Shown here: positions 1-9,578 of the stretch, one piece after another
Numbering within the stretch: the first letter of the stretch is position 1
Layout of the letters: every line of letters starts with the position of its first letter
Assembly: GCA_964389425.1 (NCBI GenBank)
Contig: CAYMEC010000003.1
Span: 1,065-65,064, forward strand
Source of the DNA: an uncultured Roseovarius sp.
GTDB lineage: Bacteria > Pseudomonadota > Alphaproteobacteria > Rhodobacterales > Rhodobacteraceae
Direction: 5' to 3'
DNA: 64,000 nucleotides
Notes under the pieces: generated by a model
Database searches by the model: none
What the model saw: only the letters and a program-made list of their open reading frames with translations
What the model was told of the DNA's origin: nothing
Program-made: the position numbers and the translations under genes

Positions 1-316
1 CTTCCTTGCCGGACCCAAGAGTGATCTCACCCTTGCGGCCAATCTCGGCCACAGCGGTCGACTTCTGCTCTTCTTCTTCAGCGTCTTCTTCTTCGATGAT
101 GTTAATGCCCATCTCGGACAGCATCGACATCACGTCTTCGATCTGTTCGGAATTCACCTGATCCGGCGGTAGCACGCGATTGAGTTGATCGTAGGTGATG
201 AAACCACGTTCCCGCGCTTCGGCGATCATCTTCTTGACTGCAGCCTGGCTCAGATCGAGGGAGATTTCAGCGTCTTGGTCTTCGGTCTTCTGGTCGTCGT
301 TGTCTTTGGCGGCCAT
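1..316 (-). CDS. rpoD: RNA polymerase sigma-70 factor RpoD, N-terminal part (runs off the window start; absent from the ORF track)
   Basis: Manual translation from ATG at 316: MAAKDNDDQKTEDQDAEISLDLSQAAVKKMIAEARERGFITYDQLNRVLPPDQVNSEQIEDVMSMLSEMGINIIEEED..., i.e. region 1.1 (G.ITYDQLN.VLP motif) then an acidic stretch; directly downstream of dnaG. Confidence 0.95.
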   Translation of the reverse strand, partial: MAAKDNDDQKTEDQDAEISLDLSQAAVKKMIAEARERGFITYDQLNRVLPPDQVNSEQIEDVMSMLSEMGINIIEEEDAEEEEQKSTAVAEIGRKGEITLGSGKE

Positions 317-358
317 GGAGTGCTCCTGATGCATCTCTGGGTGTGCAAACCTGATAGC

Positions 359-443
359 GATTCGAATGATTCGCCCGTTACTCCGAATCATTAGCGCGAT
401 TACGTGATTCGCAAACCCTTGTCCCTTGTTTTTCTACCGATTC
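359..443. promoter_or_regulatory. Cluster of five GANTC (CcrM-type methylation) sites in the rpoD upstream region
   Basis: GATTC 359-363, GATTC 368-372, GAATC 385-389, GATTC 406-410 and GATTC 439-443, read directly. The regulatory role is inferred. Confidence 0.65.
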
Positions 444-491
444 GTGCCTTCCGTGCCATCACAACTTTAACGTTAATGGATTAACAGGCAA

Positions 492-2474
492 TCACGGATC
501 GGACCCTTTCGGCATTCCAATATTTTCAAGCAAGCGGTCAAAGGCATCCTTCTCCGCCCGGCTCATTGCTGCCCCGTTGGGGCCAATTTCGTATTCCGTC
601 TGATCTTCCTGCAAAGATCGTTGGGCTTGGTGCTGCGCGGCCGTGGCTTCTGACAGTCTGTAGGTCACGGTCTCGTCGGCAATTCCTTCAATATCTTCGG
701 CGGCCTCTGAGATTTCAGATCTCAGACCGTGGGCCGCATCCAGCTTGGCCAGTTCCTCCTTGAGTGTCTGCCGCGCCATTTCAATTTGAACCGGGTCCGT
801 ATCGTCACTCGTCCGCGCGCGGCGGATGGCCGGTATCAACGCCACATGGGGGCGCGCGAAGAGGCTTTCAACCGCATGCGCGCCCATTGTCTGCTCAATG
901 TGGTATTCCAGCGTGTCCGCCCCAAGCCCCGCATGGCGCAAGATCACGCCTTGCCACGTCCCATGATCGGGCGTGGAGCAGACCATATTCTCAATCTGTG
1001 CTTCAAATTCGGGGAAGAGATCAGGAAAGCGCAGCACAACGGCGAAGATCACTGCCTCACGAAGTTCCGTTTCCACCTCGCCTTGGGCCGCCGCCAGCAT
1101 GGACGACCGTGTGGTAGCGCGCACCGGCTCCTTCGCCAAACCACGACGGGGTCCACGCTGCGGCCCGGGTGACTGGCCCCGCGTGCTGGGCGCCCGGAAC
1201 AGCTCCCACCGCAAATCCTTGATTGCCTGACCATAGTGATGGCGGATGCTCGGATCCTTGATGTCGGAGATCTTGTCGCGCAACGCCTTATCAAGCGCGG
1301 CACGCCGCTCCGGGCTGTCAAAATTGCGCCCTTCGGTTTCGCGTTCCCAAAGCAGCTGCACCATGGGCGACGCAGCGTCCAGCAGCGCCTGCACCGCCTG
1401 TGGCCCGCTCGCGCGCAACAGATCATCGGGGTCTTGTCCTTCCGGCATCCGTGCAAATCGCAGGGATTTCCCCGCTTCCAGCATCGGAAGGGCAAGATCA
1501 ATCACCCGGTTGGCCGCGCGCAGGCCCGCCGTATCCCCATCAAGCGCAATGATCGGCTCATCGGCCACGCGCCAAAGCATCTGCAACTGATGTTCCGTCA
1601 CCGCTGTTCCCAGCGGGGCAACGGCCGCACCGAACCCAGCCTCGCTCAGCGCGATCACATCCATGTAGCCCTCGGCCACAACCAGCGCCTTGCCCTTCCC
1701 TGCGGCTTCGCGCGCGGGGCCGTGATTGTAGAGCGTGCGAGACTTGTCAAAAAGCTCGGTTTCCGGGGAATTCAGGTACTTCGCGTTGTCATTGGGATCC
1801 ATCGCGCGGCCACCGAAGGCAATGCAGCGGCCCCTCGGATCGCGGATCGGGAACATGATGCGACCCCGGAACGTATCATAGGGCCTGCCGCCCTTCTGGC
1901 TTGGTTTTGCCAAACCGCAATCAAGGATCATCTGCGCCTCGACGCCCTTGCCCGCCAGATGATCCCACAGCCCCTGCCAGGCGTCCGGCGCGAACCCGAT
2001 CCCCCAGCGCTCCAAGGCTTCCTCCTTCAGTCCCCGCCGCTCCAGATACTCTCTTGCCGCGGCACCTGCTCCAGTTTTCAGTTGCATCGCAAAATGCCGC
2101 GCCGCCATTTCCATGACATCGATCAACTGTTGGCGTCGGTCAGCCTTCTGCTGGGCTTGCGGATCACGTTCCGGCACTTGCATCCCAGCCTCTTGCGCCA
2201 GGATCTTTACCGCCTCCATGAAATCGACGTTCTCGGTTTCCCGCACGAAAGAGATGGCATCCCCTTTCGCGTGACACCCAAAGCAATAGTAATAGCCCTT
2301 ACGGTCATCCACGTGGAAACTGGCGGTCTTTTCCTGATGAAACGGGCATGGCGCCCACATATCGCCCTTGCCCTGGTTCGACTTGCGCGCATCCCACATC
2401 ACCTTGCGCCCCACCACTTGCGTGAGCGAGGTCCGAGTGCGCAACTCGTCAAGGAAACCGGGGGGCAGACTCAT
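492..2474 (-). CDS. dnaG: DNA primase
   Basis: Zn-finger CPFHQEKTASF...CFGC, TOPRIM motifs EGYMDV and DGDTAG; likely start MSLPPGFLDEL at 2474 (ORF track extends to 2510). Confidence 0.97.
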   Translation of the reverse strand: MSLPPGFLDELRTRTSLTQVVGRKVMWDARKSNQGKGDMWAPCPFHQEKTASFHVDDRKGYYYCFGCHAKGDAISFVRETENVDFMEAVKILAQEAGMQVPERDPQAQQKADRRQQLIDVMEMAARHFAMQLKTGAGAAAREYLERRGLKEEALERWGIGFAPDAWQGLWDHLAGKGVEAQMILDCGLAKPSQKGGRPYDTFRGRIMFPIRDPRGRCIAFGGRAMDPNDNAKYLNSPETELFDKSRTLYNHGPAREAAGKGKALVVAEGYMDVIALSEAGFGAAVAPLGTAVTEHQLQMLWRVADEPIIALDGDTAGLRAANRVIDLALPMLEAGKSLRFARMPEGQDPDDLLRASGPQAVQALLDAASPMVQLLWERETEGRNFDSPERRAALDKALRDKISDIKDPSIRHHYGQAIKDLRWELFRAPSTRGQSPGPQRGPRRGLAKEPVRATTRSSMLAAAQGEVETELREAVIFAVVLRFPDLFPEFEAQIENMVCSTPDHGTWQGVILRHAGLGADTLEYHIEQTMGAHAVESLFARPHVALIPAIRRARTSDDTDPVQIEMARQTLKEELAKLDAAHGLRSEISEAAEDIEGIADETVTYRLSEATAAQHQAQRSLQEDQTEYEIGPNGAAMSRAEKDAFDRLLENIGMPKGSDP

Positions 2475-2692
2475 AACGTCAAATATGGGGTAAAGCACAG
2501 CCTGGGCCAAGAGGGCTCGACAGGGTTTGGTTGACTGACTTTCTCGGGCGCGACAATCAACCGCTCAGCACACGCCATTCCTTAGTATTTCTGAAAAGAT
2601 GAAACACGGGACGAATATGAGCGCGGCGAGGCTGAAAGCGTTCGGCAAACCGCATGTGCATGTGGGCGAAGATGTCTCACGTTGCCGATCAA

Positions 2693-3244
2693 TCAGGCGC
2701 CATGGCGGGCCGCGACCCCGCGCATCGCCTCTTCCAGATCATGGCGAAACGTCTCCGCCATACTGCGAAAGGCAAGTATCAGAAATCCTGTCTCGGAGAG
2801 GCGGGTGATTGAGACGGCCATATGTTGCAATTCCGTCCGCGCCGTATGCCCCCGTTTGAAACTTTCGATGCGCAGGTCCAAGGGTGTGAGCCGCGCCAGA
2901 ACGGCGGTCGCATCCGCACCATCAAGCCGCACAGATACCCACGCATCTGTCTGATCACTGAGCGCTGCGTGCTGTCCCAGCTTCCTATCCGGCAGAGGGC
3001 CTGCCAAAAGGGCCATTCGGTGGCCAAACCAAATGGCACGCGCGCCTTCTTTGCCATTGGCCCGCCCGGCACCCGGCAGCGCCATACCATGCGCCGCCTT
3101 CAACACTTTTGACAGCGCCGCATCCTTACCCTTGAAGGGCGCAAGGCTTGTTAAAATGCCCAGATCGACCTCGCTCAATCGAACCTTGCCGATCTCAACC
3201 GACGCTATGCCATCCAACGGGCTCCGTGCCTTTAGCTCAACCAC
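2693..3244 (-). CDS. soxG: Sarcosine oxidase-type gamma subunit
   Basis: Last gene of soxBDAG; DQTDAW and PLDLR...ARTELQH SoxG-like motifs; GTG at 3244 overlaps the soxA stop. Confidence 0.88.
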   Translation of the reverse strand: MVELKARSPLDGIASVEIGKVRLSEVDLGILTSLAPFKGKDAALSKVLKAAHGMALPGAGRANGKEGARAIWFGHRMALLAGPLPDRKLGQHAALSDQTDAWVSVRLDGADATAVLARLTPLDLRIESFKRGHTARTELQHMAVSITRLSETGFLILAFRSMAETFRHDLEEAMRGVAARHGA

Positions 3245-6167
3245 GAGTACGCTCTCCTTCCGGGTCAAACTGCACAGGGTCTTGGACCACACAGAGCGTG
3301 CGCGACGATTTCATGTGATCGACGACGCGCACCGTTTCCCCGATCCTCGCGCGACCACCTTTAAGAAACCCCAGACCGATCACATGCCCAAAGGTCGGAG
3401 AATAAGCGACAGACGTCACATAGCCCTGATCATTCACCCGCGTGATCTCATCGCCTTGCGTGAAAATATGTGCGCCTGACACGATTTCCTTCACGGGCCC
3501 CACTGGTTTCAATCCGACCAGTTGTTCGCGGTCCTCCCCCACCAGCCCCGGACGCGCGGCCATCGCTTTGCCGATGCAGTCTTTTTTCGGGCTGACCATC
3601 CGTTCCATCCTGATATCGAAGGCGGTGACACGACCGTGGATTTCGGAATGAGTGATGAAACCTTTCTCGACACGCATCACGTCGAGCGCCTCCATGCCGT
3701 AGGCGCAACCTCCCATCGCCTCGGCCCGACCAACCAACGCATCGAAAAGCGCGGCGCCATATCGTGCAGGCACGGCAATCTCATAGGCATGCTCACCCGA
3801 AAACGAAATCCGGAAGAGCCGTGCGGTAACGCCGCCGATGGTCACGTCGCCACACCCCATGAACGGGAAGCAGTCGTCATCAATGGGCATATCCAACAGA
3901 TCATTCAGCAGGTCGCGCGAAGTGGGGCCGGCCACGGCAAACTGCGCCCATTGCTCGGTCACCGACACAAACCGAACATCCAAACCCGGACGGAGGCATT
4001 GATGCACGTAGTCCAAATGCCCCATCACTTGCCCCGCCGCGGCGGTGGTTGTAGTCATCAGATAATGCGTCTCACCCAGCCGCGCAGTGGTGCCATCATC
4101 CATGACATGCCCGTCCTCGCGCAGCATCAGACCATATCGCACGCGCCCAACCTTCAGCGTCGAAAACATGTTGGTGTAGACGAAATCAAGAAATTCTCCC
4201 GCGTCCGGACCCTGGATATCGATCTTTCCAAGGGTAGAGACATCGCAAATCCCAACGGCTTCCCGCACTGTCTGCACTTCACGGTCGCAAGCCTGACGCC
4301 AAGTCCGCTCTCCCGCGCGCGGGAAATAGCTGGGCCGATACCACAATCCCGCCTCGATCATTGGCGCGCCTCGCGCTTTGGTCGCAACATGGGAGGTGAG
4401 CTTGCGTTCGGGCGCAAACCCTTTGCCCTGCCCGCCAGCGCCCATGGCTGCGATCGCGACCGGCACGTAAGGTGGGCGGAACGTGGTCGTGCCGGTCTCC
4501 GGAATGCCCCGTCCCGTCGCATCCGACAGCACTGCCAGCGCCTGCACGTTCGAGCTTTTCCCCTGATCGGTGGCCATGCCTTGGGTCGTGTAGCGCTTCA
4601 TATGTTCGACCGAGCGGAAATTCTCGGCCGCAGCTTGCTTCACATCCTTGACCGTCACGTCATTCTGGAAATCGAGCCACGCGCGTCCTTTCCCTGGAAC
4701 CATCCACAGCGGTGTGATGTCGTACGTACTGTCTGATGCACGCGGCACCTCCATCTTTGGCGCTTTCAACCCAAGATCAGCAAGCACTTCACTGGCCACA
4801 TCCACCCCGCTTTGCAGGCACGGCCCTGTTTCCATGACACCTGACGCAGAGCCTGCAACGACCAATCCCGGGACAGAACCGGGCGTTGGAACGAAACTCG
4901 CGATATGCGCGTCCCATTTCGGACGTCCGTTCATATGGCAGGTCAGATGTACCGACGGGTTCCAACCTCCGGACACGGCAAGGCATTCCGCCTTTATCTG
5001 CTCTCGGCCCCCAGATGTTTCGACGGTCACTTCTTCCAGCCCCTTGCGACCAGAGGAATTCACAACCTGCGCGCCCGCATAGAATGGAGCATCCAGATCA
5101 CATGTCGCCTCAGCGCGGGCATCGATAAGCGCGCTCACATGCACGCCAGCCTCTATCAGATCGGCAGCAGTGCGATGGGCGTCAGAGTTGTTGCCGAACA
5201 CCGCCACAGATCGCCCAGGGGAAACACACCAACGGTTAAGATAGGCGCGCACCGCGCCCGCCGTCATGATCCCTGGGCGATCGTTATTGGCAAATGCTAT
5301 GGGGCGCTCCAAAGCGCCCGCCGCCAACACCGCGCGTTTGGTCACAATACGCCAGAAACACTCTTTCGGGGCACCGGAACGCGCGGCCACCTCAGGTTCC
5401 GAACGTTCCAAAGCGCCAAAGGTGCCGCCATCGTAGGCACCGGTCACGGTGCAGCGGGTCATGATCCGGACATTGTCCATCGCGCTGAGGTCCGCGATCA
5501 CTTCTGCCGCCCATTTGCGCCCCGGCAGCCCGTCGACTTCAATGGTTTCTGCATTGAGCCGCCCGCCGGGAACCCTGTCTTCTTCCGCGACAATCACATC
5601 CGCTCCGGCCCGCGCTGCGGTGAGCGCGGTCATCAAACCCGCAGGCCCAGCACCGATCACCAAAAGATCGCAATGAGCCCACGCCTTTTCATAGCGATCG
5701 TTGTCTGCCTCCAGATAAAGCGCGCCCAGCCCAGCGGCCCGGCGAATGATTGGCTCATACACCCGCTCCCAAAAATTTTTCGGCCACATGAAGGTCTTGT
5801 AATAAAATCCCGCGCCCAAAAACGGTGCGGCCAGATCATTAATGGCCATCACATCGAACCCGAGCGACGGCCATGCGTTCTGGCTAAAGGCTTCCAACCC
5901 GCGGCTCAACTCGACCATGGTCGCGCGCTGATTGGGCTCTTGGCCACGACCCTTCCCAATCGTCACAAGCGCATTTGGCTCCTCGCTCCCCGCGCTCAGG
6001 ATGCCGCGCGGGCGATGATACTTGAAGGAGCGGCCCACAAATCGGATGTCATTGGCCAAAAGAGCCGAGGCCAGCGTATCCCCTTCAAACCCTCGATAAG
6101 TTACGCCATCAAAACGAAACGACACTGGTTTGCCACGATCAATCAGACCTTCGCCGTCGAGTCTCAT
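3237..6167 (-). CDS. soxA: Sarcosine oxidase-type alpha subunit
   Basis: 976 aa; SFKYHRPRG N-terminal motif, IGAGPAG dinucleotide fold, C-terminal GcvT-like folate domain. Confidence 0.94.
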   Translation of the reverse strand: MRLDGEGLIDRGKPVSFRFDGVTYRGFEGDTLASALLANDIRFVGRSFKYHRPRGILSAGSEEPNALVTIGKGRGQEPNQRATMVELSRGLEAFSQNAWPSLGFDVMAINDLAAPFLGAGFYYKTFMWPKNFWERVYEPIIRRAAGLGALYLEADNDRYEKAWAHCDLLVIGAGPAGLMTALTAARAGADVIVAEEDRVPGGRLNAETIEVDGLPGRKWAAEVIADLSAMDNVRIMTRCTVTGAYDGGTFGALERSEPEVAARSGAPKECFWRIVTKRAVLAAGALERPIAFANNDRPGIMTAGAVRAYLNRWCVSPGRSVAVFGNNSDAHRTAADLIEAGVHVSALIDARAEATCDLDAPFYAGAQVVNSSGRKGLEEVTVETSGGREQIKAECLAVSGGWNPSVHLTCHMNGRPKWDAHIASFVPTPGSVPGLVVAGSASGVMETGPCLQSGVDVASEVLADLGLKAPKMEVPRASDSTYDITPLWMVPGKGRAWLDFQNDVTVKDVKQAAAENFRSVEHMKRYTTQGMATDQGKSSNVQALAVLSDATGRGIPETGTTTFRPPYVPVAIAAMGAGGQGKGFAPERKLTSHVATKARGAPMIEAGLWYRPSYFPRAGERTWRQACDREVQTVREAVGICDVSTLGKIDIQGPDAGEFLDFVYTNMFSTLKVGRVRYGLMLREDGHVMDDGTTARLGETHYLMTTTTAAAGQVMGHLDYVHQCLRPGLDVRFVSVTEQWAQFAVAGPTSRDLLNDLLDMPIDDDCFPFMGCGDVTIGGVTARLFRISFSGEHAYEIAVPARYGAALFDALVGRAEAMGGCAYGMEALDVMRVEKGFITHSEIHGRVTAFDIRMERMVSPKKDCIGKAMAARPGLVGEDREQLVGLKPVGPVKEIVSGAHIFTQGDEITRVNDQGYVTSVAYSPTFGHVIGLGFLKGGRARIGETVRVVDHMKSSRTLCVVQDPVQFDPEGERTRG

Positions 6168-6427
6168 GACGCCAGTTCCTCTGCCAGCTCGCAGGAGATC
6201 ACTTCATGAGTCAGAGTATTTCGCGTCACGACCAGCACGGCACCACAGCCCATCGTGTGATGCCATAGCTCCCGGCTCACCCCGTCGGGGTTGTCGCGCA
6301 GATGCAAATAGTCATCCCAAACCTCTAAAGGCGCACCTGACTCGGGCCGGTCCATCAACGTGGCCGCACCCATGAATGTAAATTCCCGGATGTCCCGCCA
6401 TCCGCAATTGGGGCAGTTGAGCCTCAC
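6164..6427 (-). CDS. soxD: Sarcosine oxidase-type delta subunit
   Basis: 87 aa; CPNC and WHHTMGC zinc ligands; ATGA overlap with soxA. Confidence 0.92.
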   Translation of the reverse strand: MRLNCPNCGWRDIREFTFMGAATLMDRPESGAPLEVWDDYLHLRDNPDGVSRELWHHTMGCGAVLVVTRNTLTHEVISCELAEELAS

Positions 6428-6484
6428 GCGCGCCCCCGATCCATCTTGCCAAAATTACTCACGTCCCGACCTCGTTGTCGCAGC

Positions 6485-7738
6485 CTAGTGCAGATTATGC
6501 TGACTGCCCGTGCCTTCTTCATCCATCAACCCAAACCCGGTGCGGAACCGATCCAGCCGGAACTTGGCACCAGCCTCATGAGGCTCGCCTGTCGCCATCA
6601 GATGCGCCATCACATGGCCTGATCCGGGCACCGCCTTGAACCCGCCATAGCACCAGCCGCAATTCACGAATAGTCCGTCGATATGGGTGCGATCAATGAT
6701 GGGCGAGCCATCGGGCGACATATCCATGATCCCGCCCCAACTGCGCAGCATGCGGGCCTTTCCAATCGCAGGCATCAAGGCCATCGCCGCTTCGGTCACA
6801 TGTTCGGCCATCGGCAGGTTTCCCCGTGCGGCGTAGGACGGGTAGAAATCAATGTTGCCGCCAAAGACCAACCCGCCCTTGTCCGACTGGCTGATATAGA
6901 AATGCCCCATCCCGAAGCTGATCACGTGATCCACGCAGGGCTTCAACCCTTCTGTCACGAACGCCTGCAAAACGTGGCTTTCAATCGGCAGGCGCATCCC
7001 GGCCATCGCCGCGACTTTGGAACTGCGCCCCGCCACGATAATCGCTACTTTCCTGGCCATGATCGCCCCCCGCGTTGTCTGCACGCCCGTGACGCGACCG
7101 CCCTGCGTATCGATCCCCGTCACCTCGCAATTCTGAATGAGATCGACGCCATGTTGACTGGCCCCCCGAGCATATCCCCAGGCCACCGCGTCATGTCGCG
7201 CCGTGCCTGCTCGGCGCTGCAAGACACCGCCATAGATCGGAAAGCGGGCTTGCCTGTAGTCCAGATAGGGCGCCAGCTTCTTCAACTGCGGCACCGACAG
7301 CAACTCCGCATCGTCGCCCTGATTGATCATCGCGTTGCCTCGCCGGATCGCAGCATCACGCTGCCCGTCCGAATGATGCAAAACAATCTGCCCTCGCTGG
7401 GACAGCATGACATTGTAGTTGAGGTCCTGCTCCAACCCCTCCCACAGCTTCAGAGAATGAGAGTAGAACTCGGAATTTCCAGGCATCATGTAGTTCGCGC
7501 GCACGATGGTGGTATTGCGCCCCACATTGCCGCCGCCGAGGTAGCCCTTCTCCAGCACGGCGATATTCCGGACACCGTGGGTCTTGGCCAGATAATAGGC
7601 GGTTGACAACCCGTGCCCGCCGCCGCCGATGATCACCACATCATAGGCGTCCTTGGGCGTCGCATCTTTCCAATGCGCGCCCCAGCCCTTGTTCCCGGTC
7701 AGACCTTCTTTGAGGATGCGAAATCCCGAAAAGCCCAT
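6485..7738 (-). CDS. soxB: Sarcosine oxidase-type beta subunit (FAD)
   Basis: IIGGGGHG FAD motif, GRNTTIVRANY, NCGWCYGGFKA; start MGFSGF at 7738 preceded by GGAGG. Confidence 0.94.
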   Translation of the reverse strand: MGFSGFRILKEGLTGNKGWGAHWKDATPKDAYDVVIIGGGGHGLSTAYYLAKTHGVRNIAVLEKGYLGGGNVGRNTTIVRANYMMPGNSEFYSHSLKLWEGLEQDLNYNVMLSQRGQIVLHHSDGQRDAAIRRGNAMINQGDDAELLSVPQLKKLAPYLDYRQARFPIYGGVLQRRAGTARHDAVAWGYARGASQHGVDLIQNCEVTGIDTQGGRVTGVQTTRGAIMARKVAIIVAGRSSKVAAMAGMRLPIESHVLQAFVTEGLKPCVDHVISFGMGHFYISQSDKGGLVFGGNIDFYPSYAARGNLPMAEHVTEAAMALMPAIGKARMLRSWGGIMDMSPDGSPIIDRTHIDGLFVNCGWCYGGFKAVPGSGHVMAHLMATGEPHEAGAKFRLDRFRTGFGLMDEEGTGSQHNLH

Positions 7739-7833
7739 TTGGCACCTCCCGCTTTCGCGGGAAGTGTCACCATCCTTTGGCGCTGATTGCAATGGGCGAA
7801 AACGCCGATCCCGTGCCGCGGATCAATCCGCGA

Positions 7834-9267
7834 TCAAAGACCAAGCGAATTGTAGCTGCTCACCACCTTGTTGATTGCCACTAGGTAAGCCGCCGTGCGC
7901 AGGTCATGGACATCGTCGCGTTCGTGCCATGTACTGGAAATTTCCTGATAGGCGGACCGCATCGTGTCATCGAGACCGGACCGCACCAGTTCCAGTTCAC
8001 CGGCACCTCTGAGGTAGCGATCCTTGAAACTCGGCGTCAGTGTCCAGTTGATCGAGTTGTCTTTGCTGATGCGCTCCAACTCATCCAGCAGCAACTGGTG
8101 ACGTGTCTCTTCCTGACGACGCTGCAAGCGGCCAAACCGAATGTGGCTGAGGTTCTTGACCCACTCAAAATAGGATACCGTCACACCGCCTGCGTTTGCA
8201 TACATATCCGGAATGATCACCACACCCTTGTCCCGCAAGATCGCGTCTGCACCGGCGGTGACCGGGCCGTTGGCGGCCTCAATGATAAGGTTGGCCTTGA
8301 TGTTGGCGGCATTGCCGAGGTGGATCACCCCTTCCAAGGCAGCCGGGATCAGGATATCGCAATCTTCTTCCAGATACTTTGCACCATCCTTGACGTATTT
8401 ACCGGATGGGTATCCGTCGACACCATTATGCTTGGCAATCCAGTTGCGCACATCTTCGACGTCGAGACCGTTTTCATCATACAGCCCCCCGTCGCGTTCG
8501 ATGATCGCGATCACCTTGCAACCGTCTTCTTCCTGCAAGAACTTCGCACCGTGATAGCCCACGTTGCCCAAGCCCTGCACGATAACCCTTTTCCCGTCGA
8601 GGCTTCCCTTAAGCCCCGCTTTCTTCATGTCCTCGGGATTTCGGAAGAACTCCTGCAACGCGTATTGCACGCCACGGCCTGTGGCCTCCGTACGGCCCTG
8701 TATGCCGCCCGCATTCACCGGCTTACCGGTCACACAGGCGCGGGAGTTGATGTCCGTCGTGTTCATGCGGCGGTACTGATCGGCCATCCAGGCCATTTCC
8801 CGCTCGCCGGTGCCCATGTCGGGCGCAGGCACATTTTGCGCAGGATTGATCAGGTCCCGCTTGGTCAGTTCGTAGGTAAAGCGGCGTGTGATGAGCTCGA
8901 GTTCGTCTTCATCCCATTCGCGGGGGTCGATCCGAAGGCCCCCCTTGGAACCACCAAAAGGCACCTCCACCACCGCGCACTTATAGGTCATCAGCGCTGC
9001 AAGCGCCTCTACCTCGTCCTGATTGACGGCCATGGCGTAGCGGATCCCGCCTTTCACCGGCTCCATGTGTTCCGAATGGACAGAGCGGTAGCCAGTAAAT
9101 GTCTGAAGCTGACCACGCAAACGCACACCAAACCGTACCGTATAGGTCGCGTTGCAAACGCGTATCTTTTCCTCCAACCCGGGCGGCAGATCCATCAGTG
9201 CCACGGCACGGTTGAACATCAGATCCACGCTTTCGCGGAAGCTCGGCTCTTTTGAATTGGTGGTCAT
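7834..9267 (-). CDS. gdhA: Glu/Leu/Phe/Val dehydrogenase family, probably glutamate dehydrogenase
   Basis: KGGIR, GGSKGG, PAPDMGT, GLGNVG and EAANGP motifs. Confidence 0.9.
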   Translation of the reverse strand: MTTNSKEPSFRESVDLMFNRAVALMDLPPGLEEKIRVCNATYTVRFGVRLRGQLQTFTGYRSVHSEHMEPVKGGIRYAMAVNQDEVEALAALMTYKCAVVEVPFGGSKGGLRIDPREWDEDELELITRRFTYELTKRDLINPAQNVPAPDMGTGEREMAWMADQYRRMNTTDINSRACVTGKPVNAGGIQGRTEATGRGVQYALQEFFRNPEDMKKAGLKGSLDGKRVIVQGLGNVGYHGAKFLQEEDGCKVIAIIERDGGLYDENGLDVEDVRNWIAKHNGVDGYPSGKYVKDGAKYLEEDCDILIPAALEGVIHLGNAANIKANLIIEAANGPVTAGADAILRDKGVVIIPDMYANAGGVTVSYFEWVKNLSHIRFGRLQRRQEETRHQLLLDELERISKDNSINWTLTPSFKDRYLRGAGELELVRSGLDDTMRSAYQEISSTWHERDDVHDLRTAAYLVAINKVVSSYNSLGL

Positions 9268-9578
9268 GTCTCTTTCTCTCTCCCTTGGTCGTTACGCCCC
9301 TGCGTTGAATCGCATGGCCTTTTTTTCTCCATGGTCGTCACTTAGTCAGGCTTTGTCCAGCGTTGTGAAAACACGGACATGCAACACAGGTGTGACCGAA
9401 TCGAACCGCGATTGAACACGCATTGGAAACGATCAGCGGATTTTCAGAGAATTGTCCAAATTAATTGTTTTAAATCATGCGTTTATGCCAAGTTTTGCCA
9501 TAATTATGCCTCGTTCCTAAACGATACCTCTCGAGCCGATAACCGCGACGATTCCGTGGTTAAGTTGAGGGAAACGCA

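Noticed and set aside
461-490. CtrA box in the rpoD promoter
   Set aside because: TTAA half-sites are separated by 2, 4 and 10 nt, not the canonical 7.
7906-9255. 449-aa ORF antisense to gdhA, and similar long antisense ORFs (1236-2534, 3522-4736, 4905-6209, 44272-45696, 46023-47075)
   Set aside because: They mirror well-supported genes, lack recognisable motifs, and are expected shadows of GC-rich codon usage.
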